Assembly: GCF_963676685.1 (NCBI RefSeq)
Contig: NC_092351.1
Location: 31,620,001-31,684,000, forward strand
DNA: 64,000 nucleotides
From: Mytilus edulis
Taxonomy: Eukaryota
Reading direction: 5' to 3'
Part shown: in pieces, positions 14,701 through 28,500 of the stretch
How positions within the stretch are numbered: position 1 is the first letter of the stretch
Layout of the letters: every line of letters starts with the position of its first letter
The notes under the pieces: model-generated
What the model saw: only the letters and a program-made list of their open reading frames with translations
Databases searched by the model: none
Told to the model about the DNA's origin: nothing
Translations under genes and position numbers: made by a program

Positions 14701-15215
14701 TGTCATGTTTTATGAGTTTTGTTGTTTTCTTCATTATAAAAAAAAGCAGTGTTAGCACAATATTTAAAAGAATCTACTTATTTATACATGTCAAACACAT
14801 ATGAAAATATAATTGTTTCTACCATTTTCCTATATATCTTATAAAAAAACTGAAGGTATTCGTCAAGGAGATAATAGTAAAAATCACCAAAATAAAAGAA
14901 ATATGCTCTGCTAGATTTTGCTCACACTATATCAAGTAAATACGTTCTTTTCCAGGCGATGCTTTATCATATCACAATGGAATGAAGTTCTCAACACCCG
15001 AGCAAGACAATGATAATTCGAGTGGAAATTGTGCAAAAGCGGCTTACAGAGTTGGTGGTGGTTGGTGGTACAATGCATGTGATCGTGTCTGCTTCACCTT
15101 GTCATATGCCATTAATGATGAAGGTCTGACTGGAGATGCTCTTATACAATGGGAAACATGGAAAAGTTCTAGGTATTCATTGAAATATGCTGCAATGATG
15201 ATGCGACGAGTTTAA
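8726..15215 (+). CDS. Secreted fibrinogen-related protein (FREP / ficolin-ryncolin-like lectin), copy 1, ~279 aa
   Basis: Exons 8726-8831 (signal peptide [20 protein letters not shown]), 9447-9527, 10793-10923 (KPKDC...SGVYRI...[13 protein letters not shown]), 12982-13078 ([30 protein letters not shown]), 14131-14295, 14956-15215 ([23 protein letters not shown]). Intact frame; AATAAA at 15231. Confidence 0.93.
9859..10170 (+). mobile_element. HINE (Helentron-associated non-autonomous element) in FREP1 intron 2
   Basis: tttttatgcccc...ggggcat subterminal inverted repeat, (GTTC/GTCC)n microsatellite, 3' hairpin and cttgtt end. A same-family copy lies at 58548-58829. Confidence 0.75.
12500..12797 (-). 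mobile_element. tRNA-derived SINE, degenerate
   Basis: Minus-strand head GAGCCTTGGTGGTCGATTGGTCTAGCG (box A) ... GATTTCGAATCAC (box B-like). The left boundary is approximate. Confidence 0.5.
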
Positions 15216-16394
15216 TGTATAAAAAGGGAAAATAAAGATAAAACTATCCACTAACAAAGTTTTATGATTTATCAGTTACAATAAATATCTATCAAGACAT
15301 CCGGCACACAATGTATAAATGTTAATTACAATTTCTATGACTGAATATTTCAATGCAATGTTAGGATATGTCTCGTCCTTAATTCAAAATCAATATGTTA
15401 ACAATATCCAGAAACAATCTCTTTGTCTTGTATGACTTTTAAGTTTTAGTTTATTTATATATTTTTAAGTTAGTCCGGGATAGCCATTTGTTTGGTATGA
15501 CGTCCATTATCATAGAACTAGAACACAATTTTATTAAGGAGCCATTTGACGCACGTGTTGAAGACCATTGGTGGCCTTCGGTTGTTTCCTGCCCTTTGGT
15601 GTGGTAGTTGTACTTTCCCTAATTAACTACTGTCAATTTTAACAATTAAACAATCACCTGATATTTCCTAAATTTTGAAAAACTATTAATATTTTTAGAG
15701 GAAATACTAATGGTCGCATTTTAAAAAGGTCAGATAGACGTTTTATTCGAATAAATATCTAGTCTCGATGGCAGGAAACAGAGTAGAATAATCCCATTTC
15801 TACGCCCCCCTCTGTGTGTAAATAGAACAAGTCCTATCATGATTCCAATGGACAGCATATGAATCCCCGTACTCAATCCCTTTAAGTACTTAAATTAATA
15901 TCGCCGATAAGTTTACAAAGATATTAAATCAAACAATGTTTCTACGAGGAAAAGTTATGGTACAATTTACTTTTATCATAAATGATGGCTTATACATAAA
16001 TTTATCGGGCAATAAACCATAAAATGATTTTTTTTTTAAATTGTGATATTCATCGGAGAAAACATTTCATCATTAATCTATTGTAATGATCAATAATAGA
16101 TGGTGTTTTTAATTGTGGTTGCGAAGGAATACTTTTTTATAAGGCTGAAAACTTTACGCCCAATTTGTTTCTTATCTACAGGAAAAAGACATGTTCACAT
16201 TGGTGATACGAACGTCTTTCATGTTTTTTTTTTATGATCTTAATGATCCTAACGGCTTTTGTGTTTTCAATTCAGCAACGTGTGAGGCAGGTTGAAGACG
16301 ACATAATTATGTATTTCCTTTAAATGACTTGTGTATGTTTTGGTCGTTTCTTTTCTGTCTTAATGACGTATTACCATGGACGTCAAGTTGGTTA

Positions 16395-16632
16395 ATTATT
16401 CCTTATTCCTTATTCGTTTCTTATTCGTTACTTATTCCCTATTCCTTATTCGTTACCTATTCGTTACTTACTCCTTATTCTTTCCTTATTCGTTACTTAT
16501 TCCCTATTCCTTATTCGTAACCTATTTGTTACTTATTTCTTATATTCGTTATCTATTCGTTACTTATTCCTTATTCCTTATTCGTTACCTATTCGTTACT
16601 TATTTCTTATTCCTTATTCGTTACTTATTCGA
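16395..16632 (+). repeat. Simple-sequence array of TTATTCC / TTATTCGTTAC motifs
   Basis: Directly visible. The motif matches a sub-segment of the adjacent satellite monomer. Confidence 0.85.
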
Positions 16633-16669
16633 TTTGTTTATATCCTTCCCCCTTTATAATTGTTTATAT

Positions 16670-19389
16670 TCGTCTCTCTGGTAATAGCGCTCTAAATTTG
16701 TTGAGGTTAAATGACACTTTTATCACCTATTTATACGTGTTTGTGCTCAAACGATCCTGTTACTTTATGTTCATTACCTATTTGTTCCTTGTTTGATTTT
16801 TTACCGGTTCTACCTTTTAACTGCTTTATATTCGTACGTTTGAAGATGGTTCTTGGTTCGAAGAGGTGAAATCACCCTTTCAGCGCTTGTATATAAAAAA
16901 GAAGATGTGGTATGGTTGCCAATGAGACAACTCTCCACAATAGATCAAAATGACACACAGATATTAACAACTATAGGTCACGGTACGGCATTTAACAATG
17001 AGCAAATTCCATACCGCATAGTCATCTTTAAAGGACTCCGACATGACAATGTAAAAAAATAGCGCGTACGTACCCATTTCAGCGCTCAACGGATACCCTG
17101 TTAATTATTCGTTCCTTATTCGCTTATAATATGTGTGCTATACGTTTCACTTTTTTAAATACATATGTTTTGTGTCTCTGGTGGTAACTTTAGGTTTTTA
17201 AAGGTGAAATACCCCTTTCAGAACTTATGTTCCCGTTTCAGCGCTCGACTGATACCCTGTTAGTTATTCGTTCCTTATTCTCGTATACACAGCTACTTTT
17301 GCATAGGTACTATTTATGTACTAAAATATGTAATACTGGAAATTTACTTTTAATATTTAGTGCTATTTTTTTACTTAATTTATTGTAAAATTATTGTAAT
17401 ATTTAGGTACTTGTATTTTACAGTACTTGAATTGTACTAAATATTTTGATACATAAATAATATAATATTCCCTGTTTGAAAATCATATAATTTTAAGAGA
17501 TTTGAAATAGAAAAACTTTCAAAATGATGAAAATGTAACGGTAGTAACCAAAAATCTGAAGTACCTAAATTTCAAGTACAAATTAAGTACTGTAAAATAC
17601 AGGTACCTAGATATTACAATAATTTTAAAGTAACAAAATAGTACTGAATATTAAAAGTCCAGTACTACAGATTTTTAGTACAGAAATTGTACCTATGCAA
17701 AAGTAGCTGTGTAATACGTTAATACGTGTGTTATACGTTGTACGTTTTATAAAATGACCTTTAATTGTTTTCTTGTCTCTGGTGGTATATTTGGGTTCTA
17801 AGAGATGATATAACTCTATAAGCGCGTATGTACCCGTTTCAGCGCTCGACTGTTACCCTGTTACTTATTCATTACTTATTCGCTTATAATACGTTTGCTG
17901 TACGTTTCACCTTTATGATAAAGATTTTCAATTGTTTTCTTAACTCTGGTGGTAACTTTGTGTTCTTATAGGTGAAATACCCCTATGAGCGCGTATGTAC
18001 CCGTTTCAGCCCTCAACTGATACCATGTTACTTATTTGTTCCTTATTTGCTTATAATACGCGTGCTATACGTTGCACTTTAAATACAAAAAAAAAAAGGT
18101 TTTCGTGTCTCTGGTGGTAATTAGGGGTTCTTAGAGGTGAAATAATCCTATTAGAGCACATGTATCCATTCTAGTGCTCGACTGGTATTGGGCTCATTTG
18201 TAAAAGATATACTTTAGTTACCGTTGTACTCTTCATAACTTTCCCCTGCATTAAATTGTTCTAAACTCACGTTAAAGTATATAATCTTATTCGCTTATAA
18301 AGCATTTGTTATACGCTGCACCTTTAAACACAGATTGTCAATTGATTTCTTGTCTCTGGTGGAAACTATTGGTTCTAAGAGGTAAAACAACCCCTTTTAG
18401 AACGTATGTACCCGTTCCGGCGCTCGGTTGATACCTTGTTACATATTCGTCCCTTTTCGCATATAATACGTGTGCTATACGCTGCACTTTTAAAAAGAAA
18501 TATTTTGGTTTCTCTTGTGGTAACTTTGTGTTCTTAGAGGTGAAATACCCTTATAAGCGCGTATATACCCGTTCCAGCTCTCGATTGATACCCTGTTACT
18601 TATTCGTTCCTTATTCGCTAATAATTAGTGTGTTATACGTTTCACCTTTTAAAAAATGATTTTCAATTGTTTTCTTGTCTCTTGTGGTAGATTTGGGTTC
18701 TACGAGGTGATATAACTCTATAAGCGCGTATGTACCTGTTTCAACGCTCGACTGTTACCTTGTTACTTATTCGTTACTTATTCGCTTATAATACGTTTGT
18801 TATACATTTCACCTTCCAGATAATGATTTTTAATTGTTTTCTTGTCTTGGGTGGTAACTATGTGTTCTTAAAGGTGAAATACCCCTGTTAGCAGGTATGT
18901 ACCCATTTGAGCGCTCAACTGATACTTTGTTACTTTTTCGTTCCTTATTCGCGTAGAATACGTGTGTTATATATATACGTTACACTTTCAAAAAGAAATA
19001 TTTTGGTGTCTCTGGTGGTAACTATGTGTTCTTAGAGGTGAGATATCCCTATGAGCGCGTATTTACCCGTTTCAGCGCACGACTGGTACCCTGTTACTTA
19101 TTCGTTCCTTATTCGCGTAAAAGACGTGTATTAAACATAGCACTTTTAAAAAGAAATATTTTCGTGTCTCTGGTGGTAACTATGTGTTCTTAGAGGTGAA
19201 ATACCCCTATTAGCACGTATGTACCCGTTCCAGCGGTTGCTTGATACCTGTCATTTATTTGTTACTTATTCGATTAAAACACGTATGTTATACGTTGCAC
19301 CATTTAAAAAAAAGTTATTTACATTTTTACTTGTCTCTGGTGGTATTTTTGAGTTCTTAGAGGTGAAATAACCCTATTTGAGCGTATGT
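16670..19389 (+). repeat. ~160-167-bp satellite DNA array (about 12 monomers, interrupted by insertions)
   Basis: Recurring ctctggtggtaac...gaggtgaaatacccc...cccgtttcagcgctcgactgataccctgttacttattcgttccttattcgc, in two length variants. Confidence 0.9.
17288..17711. mobile_element. Foldback MITE with TA TSD inserted in a satellite monomer
   Basis: TA-[CACAGCTACTTTTGCATAGGTAC ... GTACCTATGCAAAAGTAGCTGTG]-TA. Inverted arms extend over 150 bp; removing the element restores the monomer. Confidence 0.85.
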
Positions 19390-19780
19390 AAAATTGAGAA
19401 TGGAAATGGGGAATGTGCCAAAGAGACAACAACCCGACCATAGAAAAAACAGCAGCAGAAGGTCACCAACAGGTCTTCAATTTAGCGAGAAATTCCCGCA
19501 CCTGGAGGCGTCCTTCAGCTTGGCCCTAAACAAATATATACTAGTTCAGTGATAATGAACGCCATACTAAACTCCAACTTGTACACAAGAAACTAAAATT
19601 AAAATAATACAAGACTAACAAAGGCCAGAGGCTCCTGACTTTGGACAGGCGCAAAAATGCGGCGGGGTTAAACATGCTTATGAGATCTCAACTCTCCCCC
19701 TATACCTCTAGCCAATCTAGAAAAGTAAACGCATAACAATACGCAAATTAAAACAGTTACGGAGAAGTTCGAGTCTGAGA
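19390..19780 (+). repeat. Abundant short interspersed repeat of uncertain class (aaaattgagaatggaaatggggaatgtg family)
   Basis: The same head occurs at ~130-178 (minus strand) and ~55748. Confidence 0.6.
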
Positions 19781-20016
19781 TTTTAATTTGAAATGTAATG
19801 GACAATTTATTAAAAAGGTTGATGACCACAAACATTTGGGTGTTGCTTTTTCTAATAATTGCAAGTGGTCAGTACATATAGATAACATTTGCTGTAGTGC
19901 CACTAAACATTTTTTTGTTCTGAGAAAGTTAAAACATATTCTTAAGAGAACAATCTTAATAAGATATACCTTGCATACATACTTCTACTTTTAGAATATG
20001 AATGCGAGCTATGGGA

Positions 20017-23000
20017 TATGGAAAGCTAACGGGGTCAAAATTCTTAATTCGTAACTTGTCAATTCGTAACTTGTAGTTGTGTAATTTCAAAATTCTTAAT
20101 GTGTAAATTGTCAGTTTGTAACTTGTATATTTGTAATTTCAAAATTGTCAATTCGTAAATTTTCAATTTGTAACTTGTAACTGTGTGATTTCAAAACTCT
20201 TTATCGGTAAATTGTCAATTTGTATATTGATGTGTTGTAACTCGTTACTTATCGATTCGTGAAATGTCGATGTGTGAAATTTCAAAGTGTTAATTTTTGT
20301 TGTTAGTATTATGCTAACGATCATTATAACGACAGATGGCGCTCGGTTTCTTCTTCTGTAAGTAGGAGCACCTCTATATGGAATTTATATTTGACTTATT
20401 TAAATCAATTAATTACAGCACATACATATAATAGAAAACAAATAGACATAAAATACATTGTTTGTTTTATATGGCATGTCTACCAGGGACTCGGTTTTAT
20501 ATAAAGGAGACCTCGAATAAACATGTATGTTTGCTGTACTCATCACCAAACCTGGGAGGGTGTGTCACTTTCTGTATTAAGGTATATACAGATGTGTCGC
20601 TGGAATGGACTACCTTATCAACTTCGCAAGATATTTCTCCTTAATATTTGACCGGGTCAAAATTAGACTAAATACATGAAATATTAGACGGAGCTGGAAA
20701 ATTCATACTAATATCAGTATTCTGGGTCGCAAATTTCGACTAAATGTATGATGGGAGAAATGGGTGGACACCCATTAATTCTTAATATTATAATCTCAAT
20801 ATTGAAATTTAAAAAAAGAATGTATCAGAATTATCGAATGATTTATTAACATAAGAAGCAAATGGACGAACAATCTCTATTTAATTTGCTCTTGAGTAAT
20901 GAAGATAACAAATGCTTTATATCATATTTGTACTTTGCATAACAAATTGAACGAAGTATTATTTTAAATGAGTCACTTAGTTAATGTATACTTTATATCA
21001 AAACTGTATTGAATATGCAATATTTTGTTATAAAATCTTATGAAACAAGAAAACTAAACGAGGACCTATAAAATGGCCTTTCGTATTTCCAACGTAGCAA
21101 GAAAGCCAACTCAACACTAGAATTTCTGATAAGAATTTTCCGGTTTTGCACATCAGAATGCAAGGAAACCGCATATATTTCACTGGTCAGGTCAACAATG
21201 GGTTATGGTCAACAGTATGGAACCCCTGCACTTCTACGAACATCTACAAGCTTGAAAGAATACAGCGACAACCTGCAAAATTTATAACAGGAGACTACAA
21301 ATCCAGAGAAGATGGTTGCGTCTCAAACACGCTGAAACTACAAGACATACAGACAAGACGCTCAAGCCAGAAGCTTATAGTTCTGTACAAAGTGGTTGAG
21401 GAGTGGTTTTTGCTATAGAACAAGACAATTTAAAAAAAACGAATTCGTCCAAAAAGAACAATTGCTACTAAGCGATTTAACAATTATCAGTTTAGAAACA
21501 GGTCAAATACTACACAAAGTGTTTTAAGATCCCAACGAGTAAAATACCACAATATTCTGCCTAATTATGCCAAAAAAAAGTACTAGTAATCGAATGGAAC
21601 CACCTTGAAGACACTGTAGTGCTCACACTGAGCGTTGACAGCTGTTCATGATCAGAAACTGCTCTCGTGCAACGTCAACACATCGACGACGCTCTCTCTA
21701 CCATTGTATTAAAACCAGTATTGGTATCCACAACGCATTCCTACAGATAAAGATGATCATGGAAATAGATAGAAATATACTAGGAGGTGTCTCCACTGAC
21801 TATTTTGTCAATTACAATGATCGTAAAACTATGAAACTGTTTTTGTTTTACTAAACACGTCACCTACGCTCACTTCAAGCCAAAGTGACACCCTACCCCT
21901 TTGACTTGTCAGAGAGAAGATTTCACATTTATCCATGGTAATCTTTACACGTGATTTGGGATTTGGCCCAGGGGAAGGGGGTCTGTCTTGGGTCATCTTG
22001 GAGAGTAAAAGGGTAGCCTGAGATCCTGGCTTACTGTTTGGCAGAAGAGCCAAGCGGAATGCAACATGGTTTGTCAATAGTGTCATTTCTTGCAATATGG
22101 GCGGGAAATATTTATTTTTAATTTCATATGAAATGCAAATTTCAAAAAAATTACCTTTATCGATTAACATCGTAATTCAACTCGGTTAATAAACGATCCA
22201 ATCGACGAAATATTAGATTTGGTCAGGTTGCCGTGCTATAATGAGGGTGGCACCGGTTGGGGTCTTACCGAGAGTACTGGGCGTTACGCAGTAGTTGAGA
22301 GGGGGATAGGGGAACATTTTGGTATTTTTGGTTGTAAATTTTTATAGAACGAAAAATCAAGGAGCGGCAATTACTAAGCTTCGTGACAAGAATTATATCA
22401 CTTGGCATGTATATTAATGTATATTCATATCTGTCAGCCCTATCCCCTCCTGTCAGAATAAAATGGTCCGATGGTCCGAATTTAAGGATTAATTGAAATC
22501 GTTTATTACTAGTAACTGGGTTTTCAAGTAATGATATAGCTTTTATAGACGACTATAAATTGTATTTTGTATTCTCATTGTTGAAGGTCGTAAGTTGCCT
22601 ATACTTGCTTACATCGTCTTTATTTGAACTTTGGTTGATAGTTGTCTCATTGGCAATCATAGGGTTTATAAACACATCTCCTTATTGTATTTACCTGAAT
22701 ACTTCAATCGTTAAATCCGCTGACAACCGACTTTTTCATTAACCTCGCAATTAGGAGAGATCGTTTACGTAGAGGGACTGAACTATTCGTGTTGTATTTT
22801 TATAAAGTTTCCGCTTGAACGAAATACCACATGTCGTCTTCAGTAAATAAAATAAAACTGGGATCCTGTAAACATGCATTTTTTGGTTTTGCTTTCTTTC
22901 AGCGGCATTTACTGAACATAATTGATTTTAATTACTAGGTATATACTCCATATGAAGGTGCTCCTACTTATAGATGGCTTATACGCAAAGAAGAAACCGA

Positions 23001-23279
23001 GCGCTATCTGTCGTCATAATGATCGTTAGCATAATACAACGACAACATTTAACACTCTGACATTTCACACATCCCCATCGACATTTCACGAATCGACAAG
23101 TTACAAGTTACAATACATCAATATACAAATTGACAATTTACCGATAAAGAGTTTTGAAATCACACAGTTACAAGTTACAAATTGACAATTTACGAATTGA
23201 CAATTTTGAAATTACAAATAAACAAGTAACAAAATGACAATTTACGCATTAAGAATTTTGAACCCGTTGGCTTTCCATA
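20017..23279. mobile_element. Non-autonomous DNA transposon with ~370-bp TIRs and 6-bp TSD (IS3EU-like)
   Basis: ATGGGA-[TATGGAAAGC...GCTTTCCATA]-ATGGGA. Inverted arms ~20017-20410 and ~22920-23279 contain internal sub-repeats. Excision restores the LINE codons ELWDGCC. Confidence 0.85.
21095..21760 (+). mobile_element. Second LINE 3' fragment (CR1/L2-like) nested inside the IS3EU-like element
   Basis: KANSTL.FL..N, AYISLVRS, STVWNP..IYKLERIQRQPAKFITGDYKSREDGCVS, with frameshifts. Confidence 0.75.
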
Positions 23280-24202
23280 ATGGGATGGATGTTGTGTTAG
23301 AGATTCTGAAAAAATTGAGCACTTGCAGTTTGACGCAGCCAGAATTATTACTGGGATTCCGCAATTTGCAAGTATAGAATCCCTACTTTTTGAAACTGGA
23401 TGAGAAACTTTGAGTTCTAGAAGAAATAGACGTAAATTATGTTTATTTCATAAAATACACAGCAATAATGTTCCAGAATATCTTATGGATTGTATCTCAA
23501 ATTATACAGACGATGATTATTAGAATAGTAGAAACCGTTCTCACTATAGAGTACCGAGGTGTAGATTGGACATATTTTTTAAATCTTTTTTCCCTTCTAT
23601 AATTCGTGCATGGAATTTATTACCATTATACATTAGATCCATACAATCATCTCCAAATTTCAAAAACACCATCCGGAGAAATGATATTTCATTTTTGGTA
23701 CCTAAATATTATTTCATTTGATACAGGATGGAAAATATACTACATACAAAATTACGACGCAGATGTAGTCCTTTAAAAGCTGATTTATACAGAGTTAATT
23801 TAGTAAATGACACAAGTTGTGAATGCGGGTGTCCATTAGAAGATTCGATTCATTATTTCTTAGAATGTCCACTCTACATAAACTTTAGAAATCAGCTCTT
23901 TAAAAACATTCAACACTTAGCTGATATCTCCATAGAACATATTTTATTTGGAACAGACGAAATTACTGTAGAACAAAACACAATCCTTTTCAGAAATGTG
24001 CATTGTTATATACGCCATACATTCTTTGATAAATATTGCTGTATCTTAAAATGTACTCGTATCAAAGTGTTATACTGTTTAAACATAATATTTCTATTGT
24101 ACATATTTTTCATATTGTACTTATATGGAGAGGATTATCTTAAGTTGTTATAACTTGTATCCAATCCTATTGTATATTTAGACAATAAAATATGTTTAAA
24201 CT

Positions 24203-24909
24203 AATTGAAAATCATTATGTAAAAGGTGAAACGTATAACAAACGTATTATAAGCGAAAAAGTAACAGGGTAACAGTCGAGCGCTGAAACGGGTACATACG
24301 CGCTTAAAGAGTTATGTCACCTCTTAGAACCCAGTGGCGGATGCAGGAATTTTCGAAAGGGGGGGGGGGGTGCTAGCCCAGGGCAAAGGGGGTGTAGGGG
24401 GTGCAAACATATGTCCCGATTCAAATGCATTGATCGGCCAAAATAAAGGGGGGGTGCGGACCCCCGGAACCCCCCCTCTGGATCCGCCACTGTAGAACCC
24501 AAATCTACCACCAGAGACAAGAAAACAATTGAAAATAATTTCTTAATAGGTGCAACGTATAACACACGTATTATACGTGAATAAGAAACAAATAAGTAAC
24601 AGGGTATCAGTCGAGCGCTGAAACGGGTACATACGCGCTTATAATGGTATTTCACCTCTAAGAACACATAGTTACCACCAGAAACACGAAAATATTTCTT
24701 TTTCAAAGTGCAACGATAGCAAACGTATTATTTATGAGAATAAGGAACGAATAAGTAACAGGGTATCAGTCGAGAGATGAAACGGGTACATGAACACCTA
24801 TAGGAACACATAGTTACCACCAGAAACACGAAAATATTTTTTTTAAAAAGTGCAACGTATAACAAACGTATTATAAGCGAATAAGTAACAGGATAACAGT
24901 CGAGCGCTC
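24203..24909 (-). repeat. Same ~160-167-bp satellite in inverted orientation (about 4 monomers)
   Basis: gtaacagggtatcagtcgagcgctgaaacgggtacatacgcgc is the reverse complement of the 16670-19389 monomer. Confidence 0.9.
24332..24492. mobile_element. hAT-like MITE inserted in the satellite
   Basis: TIRs CAGTGGCGGAT / ATCCGCCACTG. TSD TAGAACC (8 bp, TAGAACCC, if the terminal C is counted). Confidence 0.85.
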
Positions 24910-25539
24910 CATCGCATTACCCAGACTTTCGTTTATCCATATTCAAATATATAGATACTTTTGTTTATCATATTATTATAGCTTTTTATGCTTGAAGTAA
25001 TTAACAACAACAAAAGGGAGAATAAAAATATCAATTGAAAAGGAGTATCAAACTCAAGTCGAAAACATACTGATAATGACAATGACATGCAAAAAAAACC
25101 CCAAGAAAAAAGAACCAAAGACGAAGGACAGTATACAAAACACAACATAGACTAAGAAACATGAACCCCACCAAAAACCGGATGATCTCAGGAAGCTTCA
25201 GGGATTTTAATATCCTGCTCCACACGTGCTACCCATCGTGTTGCTCATCTTGTAAGTACAAAAACAATGAGAAGTCTAATTCAAGGAAATAGAGGACAGG
25301 ATTATGGTAACGAGAATTTGAACATATCCGTTATCATCTGTGAAACAGATCTTTCAAAGCAGTCAACCATTATCTGTATGATGTTCGTAAAATTCCAAGA
25401 ACTTCACAGAAAATATCGTTTCTATACCAATACTTCCTTGTTACCACCTGTTGCACAAGTCGTATCACGCAATCATATCTATTCATTCTGTTAGAATAAA
25501 ATAGTGCAACATATACGTTTCTACAATTGACAGGATACA

Positions 25540-28500
25540 ATGGCAAGACATATTTACGTTACGATTATTCTTATTGCTTTAAGTGTGTTAGTTTCTGCGG
25601 ACACTATTTTAAACAAACACCTGGTCAAGTCATCGTCTGATTCTGGTAAGTTTTTAGTTTTGATGTGAACAATTGCCAGACAAAATGAAGATATCTATTT
25701 CAACAGATCTTTGACCAGAAATGCATTGTTGTTACTTACAATTTTACGCACTTACTGTTCGATTTGTTCAAATGAATGTTACTGAATTATATTCAGCGCT
25801 ACTATAACAAATGTATTGTCATGTTTACGATGTTTTTTAACGTTTCATACTATTGGCTTTGCAAAGTTTTGGTCGCAATATATTCGATGAAATATATTCT
25901 AGCAGATCCTTCCCTGTGTGTGGACGAAATTTTTACAAAGGGTTTTATCACAGTTTTATTTAGGTACAACATAATTAATGAAAAACAAATATAAGTTGAA
26001 TACAAACAAACCCCTGACATGGGGCATGCATATGCAGAATAAGGTGGGTAACGCGCCTTATCTTTTCTCTAGTAGGAACAACGGCTTAACAGTTGTACAT
26101 GAGAACACACTGCAAAAATAAGTTGCTAAAGGCTTGACTCCTAAGAATGATATAAGATTAAAAAAAAGAACCAAGGAAAAGAAATAAATTTCAGCGTATC
26201 GATCGGAGATTACTTACTGTTACCGAAAGCCAGTTCAAAGACAATTGCAGATAAAACATAAATCATGTTTCCCTGATTTAAATATCAATCAGTACACATT
26301 CAAAATGCTTATTGTAGAGACCAGCATAAGTATCGACAAGATGTAGGATCTTAAGTATTCATAACTGTATAATGTTTATAAAAACATGTTTAGTTTTTCA
26401 CTTGAACCGATGTGCAAACTCACTTAGATTTCGTCATATCTTCTAGGTGTTTGTTTCTATGGAGCGACTGCTGAAAGAGTTCTCAATATCTTAGCGACTG
26501 GGAAATTCAGATCAGTTGAACCTCTAGGTTAGTACACAATATCAAAAGTTAAATTCACAGTGTATTTTTGTATTAAATTCACACCAGTATACAAGACAAT
26601 AGAACAGTCTATTAAATTCAAAGCATACCCTTTCTACATCAATATAAAACTTCTTGTCTTTGTGTTCGAACTTTTTCTTTAACTTAACATAGACATGTGT
26701 CTCTTGTGACGTATTTCCTTCATTTTCTTCAATTCATTCACATGATGTGTAATACATTTCTTTATCTCTCTACGCGTGACATGTTGAGCGCTGGTCCATC
26801 CCATGTCAAACATAGGTAACTCAAGTATATTAATACCTACTCTTAAATTTTATACCTGCATGTTGAGCGCTGGCCCAGCCCATGCTTAGAGGGTATGGGC
26901 TCACTTTGCAACCTGAGTCGGATAACCTCGAGTGAAAAAACCATTTGCACACTAAAACATGTATCCAAAAGAACTGTCAAATGGACAAACAAATGATTCG
27001 TTCACCCGACGAGAGGGCTGCCTAGTTACCCGTTTTATTCAGGGCTGCCTGAGAACTCAGGTAATAATTTTGAGCGGTTGGCGGGTCAATAAATACAAAT
27101 AAACTTGTTACAAAAATAAACATGTTTATCTATCCTATACAAAGTTTCAACTGCTACTGTAACAAAATTTCTGATAGCTATAGACGATGTTGGGAAGGAG
27201 TGACCTCCAGTTTGACGCGTCTGATTTATCAGATAACATGACAAAGTAGAATTTCAAAACACTGCGGTTAAACAATTTGCAGACATCATAAATAAGTCAA
27301 GAATAAGAGATAAAGATACAAATGGCAGCTGCAAGGAAATTAACACTTAAATAAACTTTAATTAATGAACATTAATACACATTTATCGTTTATTTAACAG
27401 TACGTAAACCAAAGGACTGTTCAGATTTGGATCCTAAGCATCACACCAGTGGAGTGTATAGAATATATCCCACTACCGGTAGTGGATTCCAGGTTTATTG
27501 TGATATGACGACCGATGGTGGACGCTGGACTGTGAGTAATCTGTGAATTTAATTTGTTCATACTTTTAAAATTTAATGAATTATAAAGATTTTGATTAAA
27601 TACGACTGATACTCAACATGATACATGTCCACTCTTTCACCTTCATACAAAACTTGTTATTAAGCTGTTAATTTAGCATGAATCTATAACAGCAGTAACG
27701 TATTTATGATTTTCAAAAATCTGGATGAGGAAGGACCTTCCTATAAATAAAAGCCAACTGTGGTAAAAAAATCAGAAAATTGTTTTTAAATGTTTTAGGC
27801 TACAAACTTTCGCCCAAGCCTACCCGACTACCATACCCAAAATAAAACTAGGTAGTACTGATGTCAAGATCAATAAGTTATGTAAAGCTTCCACCATAAT
27901 TAGATATATGTATGTGTAAAAAAAAATGGAAATATTAAAAGGGTCCATCGTTTAAAGATCAAAATGAGATAGCATTCTTACAACAAACTCTTGATCACAT
28001 ATTATTGTTCATGTCGTTTGGAACTTATACATGTGAAACATAGAGTTAAAACATACATTTAATGTGGTTGACAAGCAGCACTCTGATATATCTTTTAACA
28101 TTTCAAGGTTCTTATCAGACGAATGGGTGGTTCTCAAGATTTCAATAAAACATGGATAGAATATGAAAATGGGTTTGGAAGCTTAAATCGGGAATTTTGG
28201 TTAGGTAAGTAAGACAAGCATGATACTTTATTTTTGTCTAAATGTTTTTGTTTTTTAAGGTTTAACATAAACTGGTGTGTCTGTTAATTTCCTACCTTTT
28301 TTTATCTCCATGGTGAACACGCTATTATAATGCACATCGAGAATAAAATAAAACTTGTTATGACCCATAACACCTTAGGATTGTCTTAAACTACATTTTT
28401 GAATCTGTTATCTCAATTATTTTCATGATTTTGAGAAAAAAGGTTTATGGTACAGCTAGATATTATATGTACTTGAAAGAATCTCTTTTTTGAAAAGAAT

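Larger units (their letters stand above)
19780..24202 (+). mobile_element. 5'-truncated CR1/L2-clade LINE (RT C-terminus and CCHC region), split by a DNA transposon
   Basis: HKHLGVAFSNNCKWSVHI..LEYECELW | DGCCVRDSEKIEHLQFDAARIITG..SFFPS..CECGCPLEDSIHYFLECPLY, with stops and frameshifts. 3' end aataaaatatgtttaaactaa. Confidence 0.85.

Noticed and set aside
16329-16684. Hydrophobic repeat ORFs (YSLFLIRYLFVT)
   Set aside because: Translation of a simple-sequence repeat.
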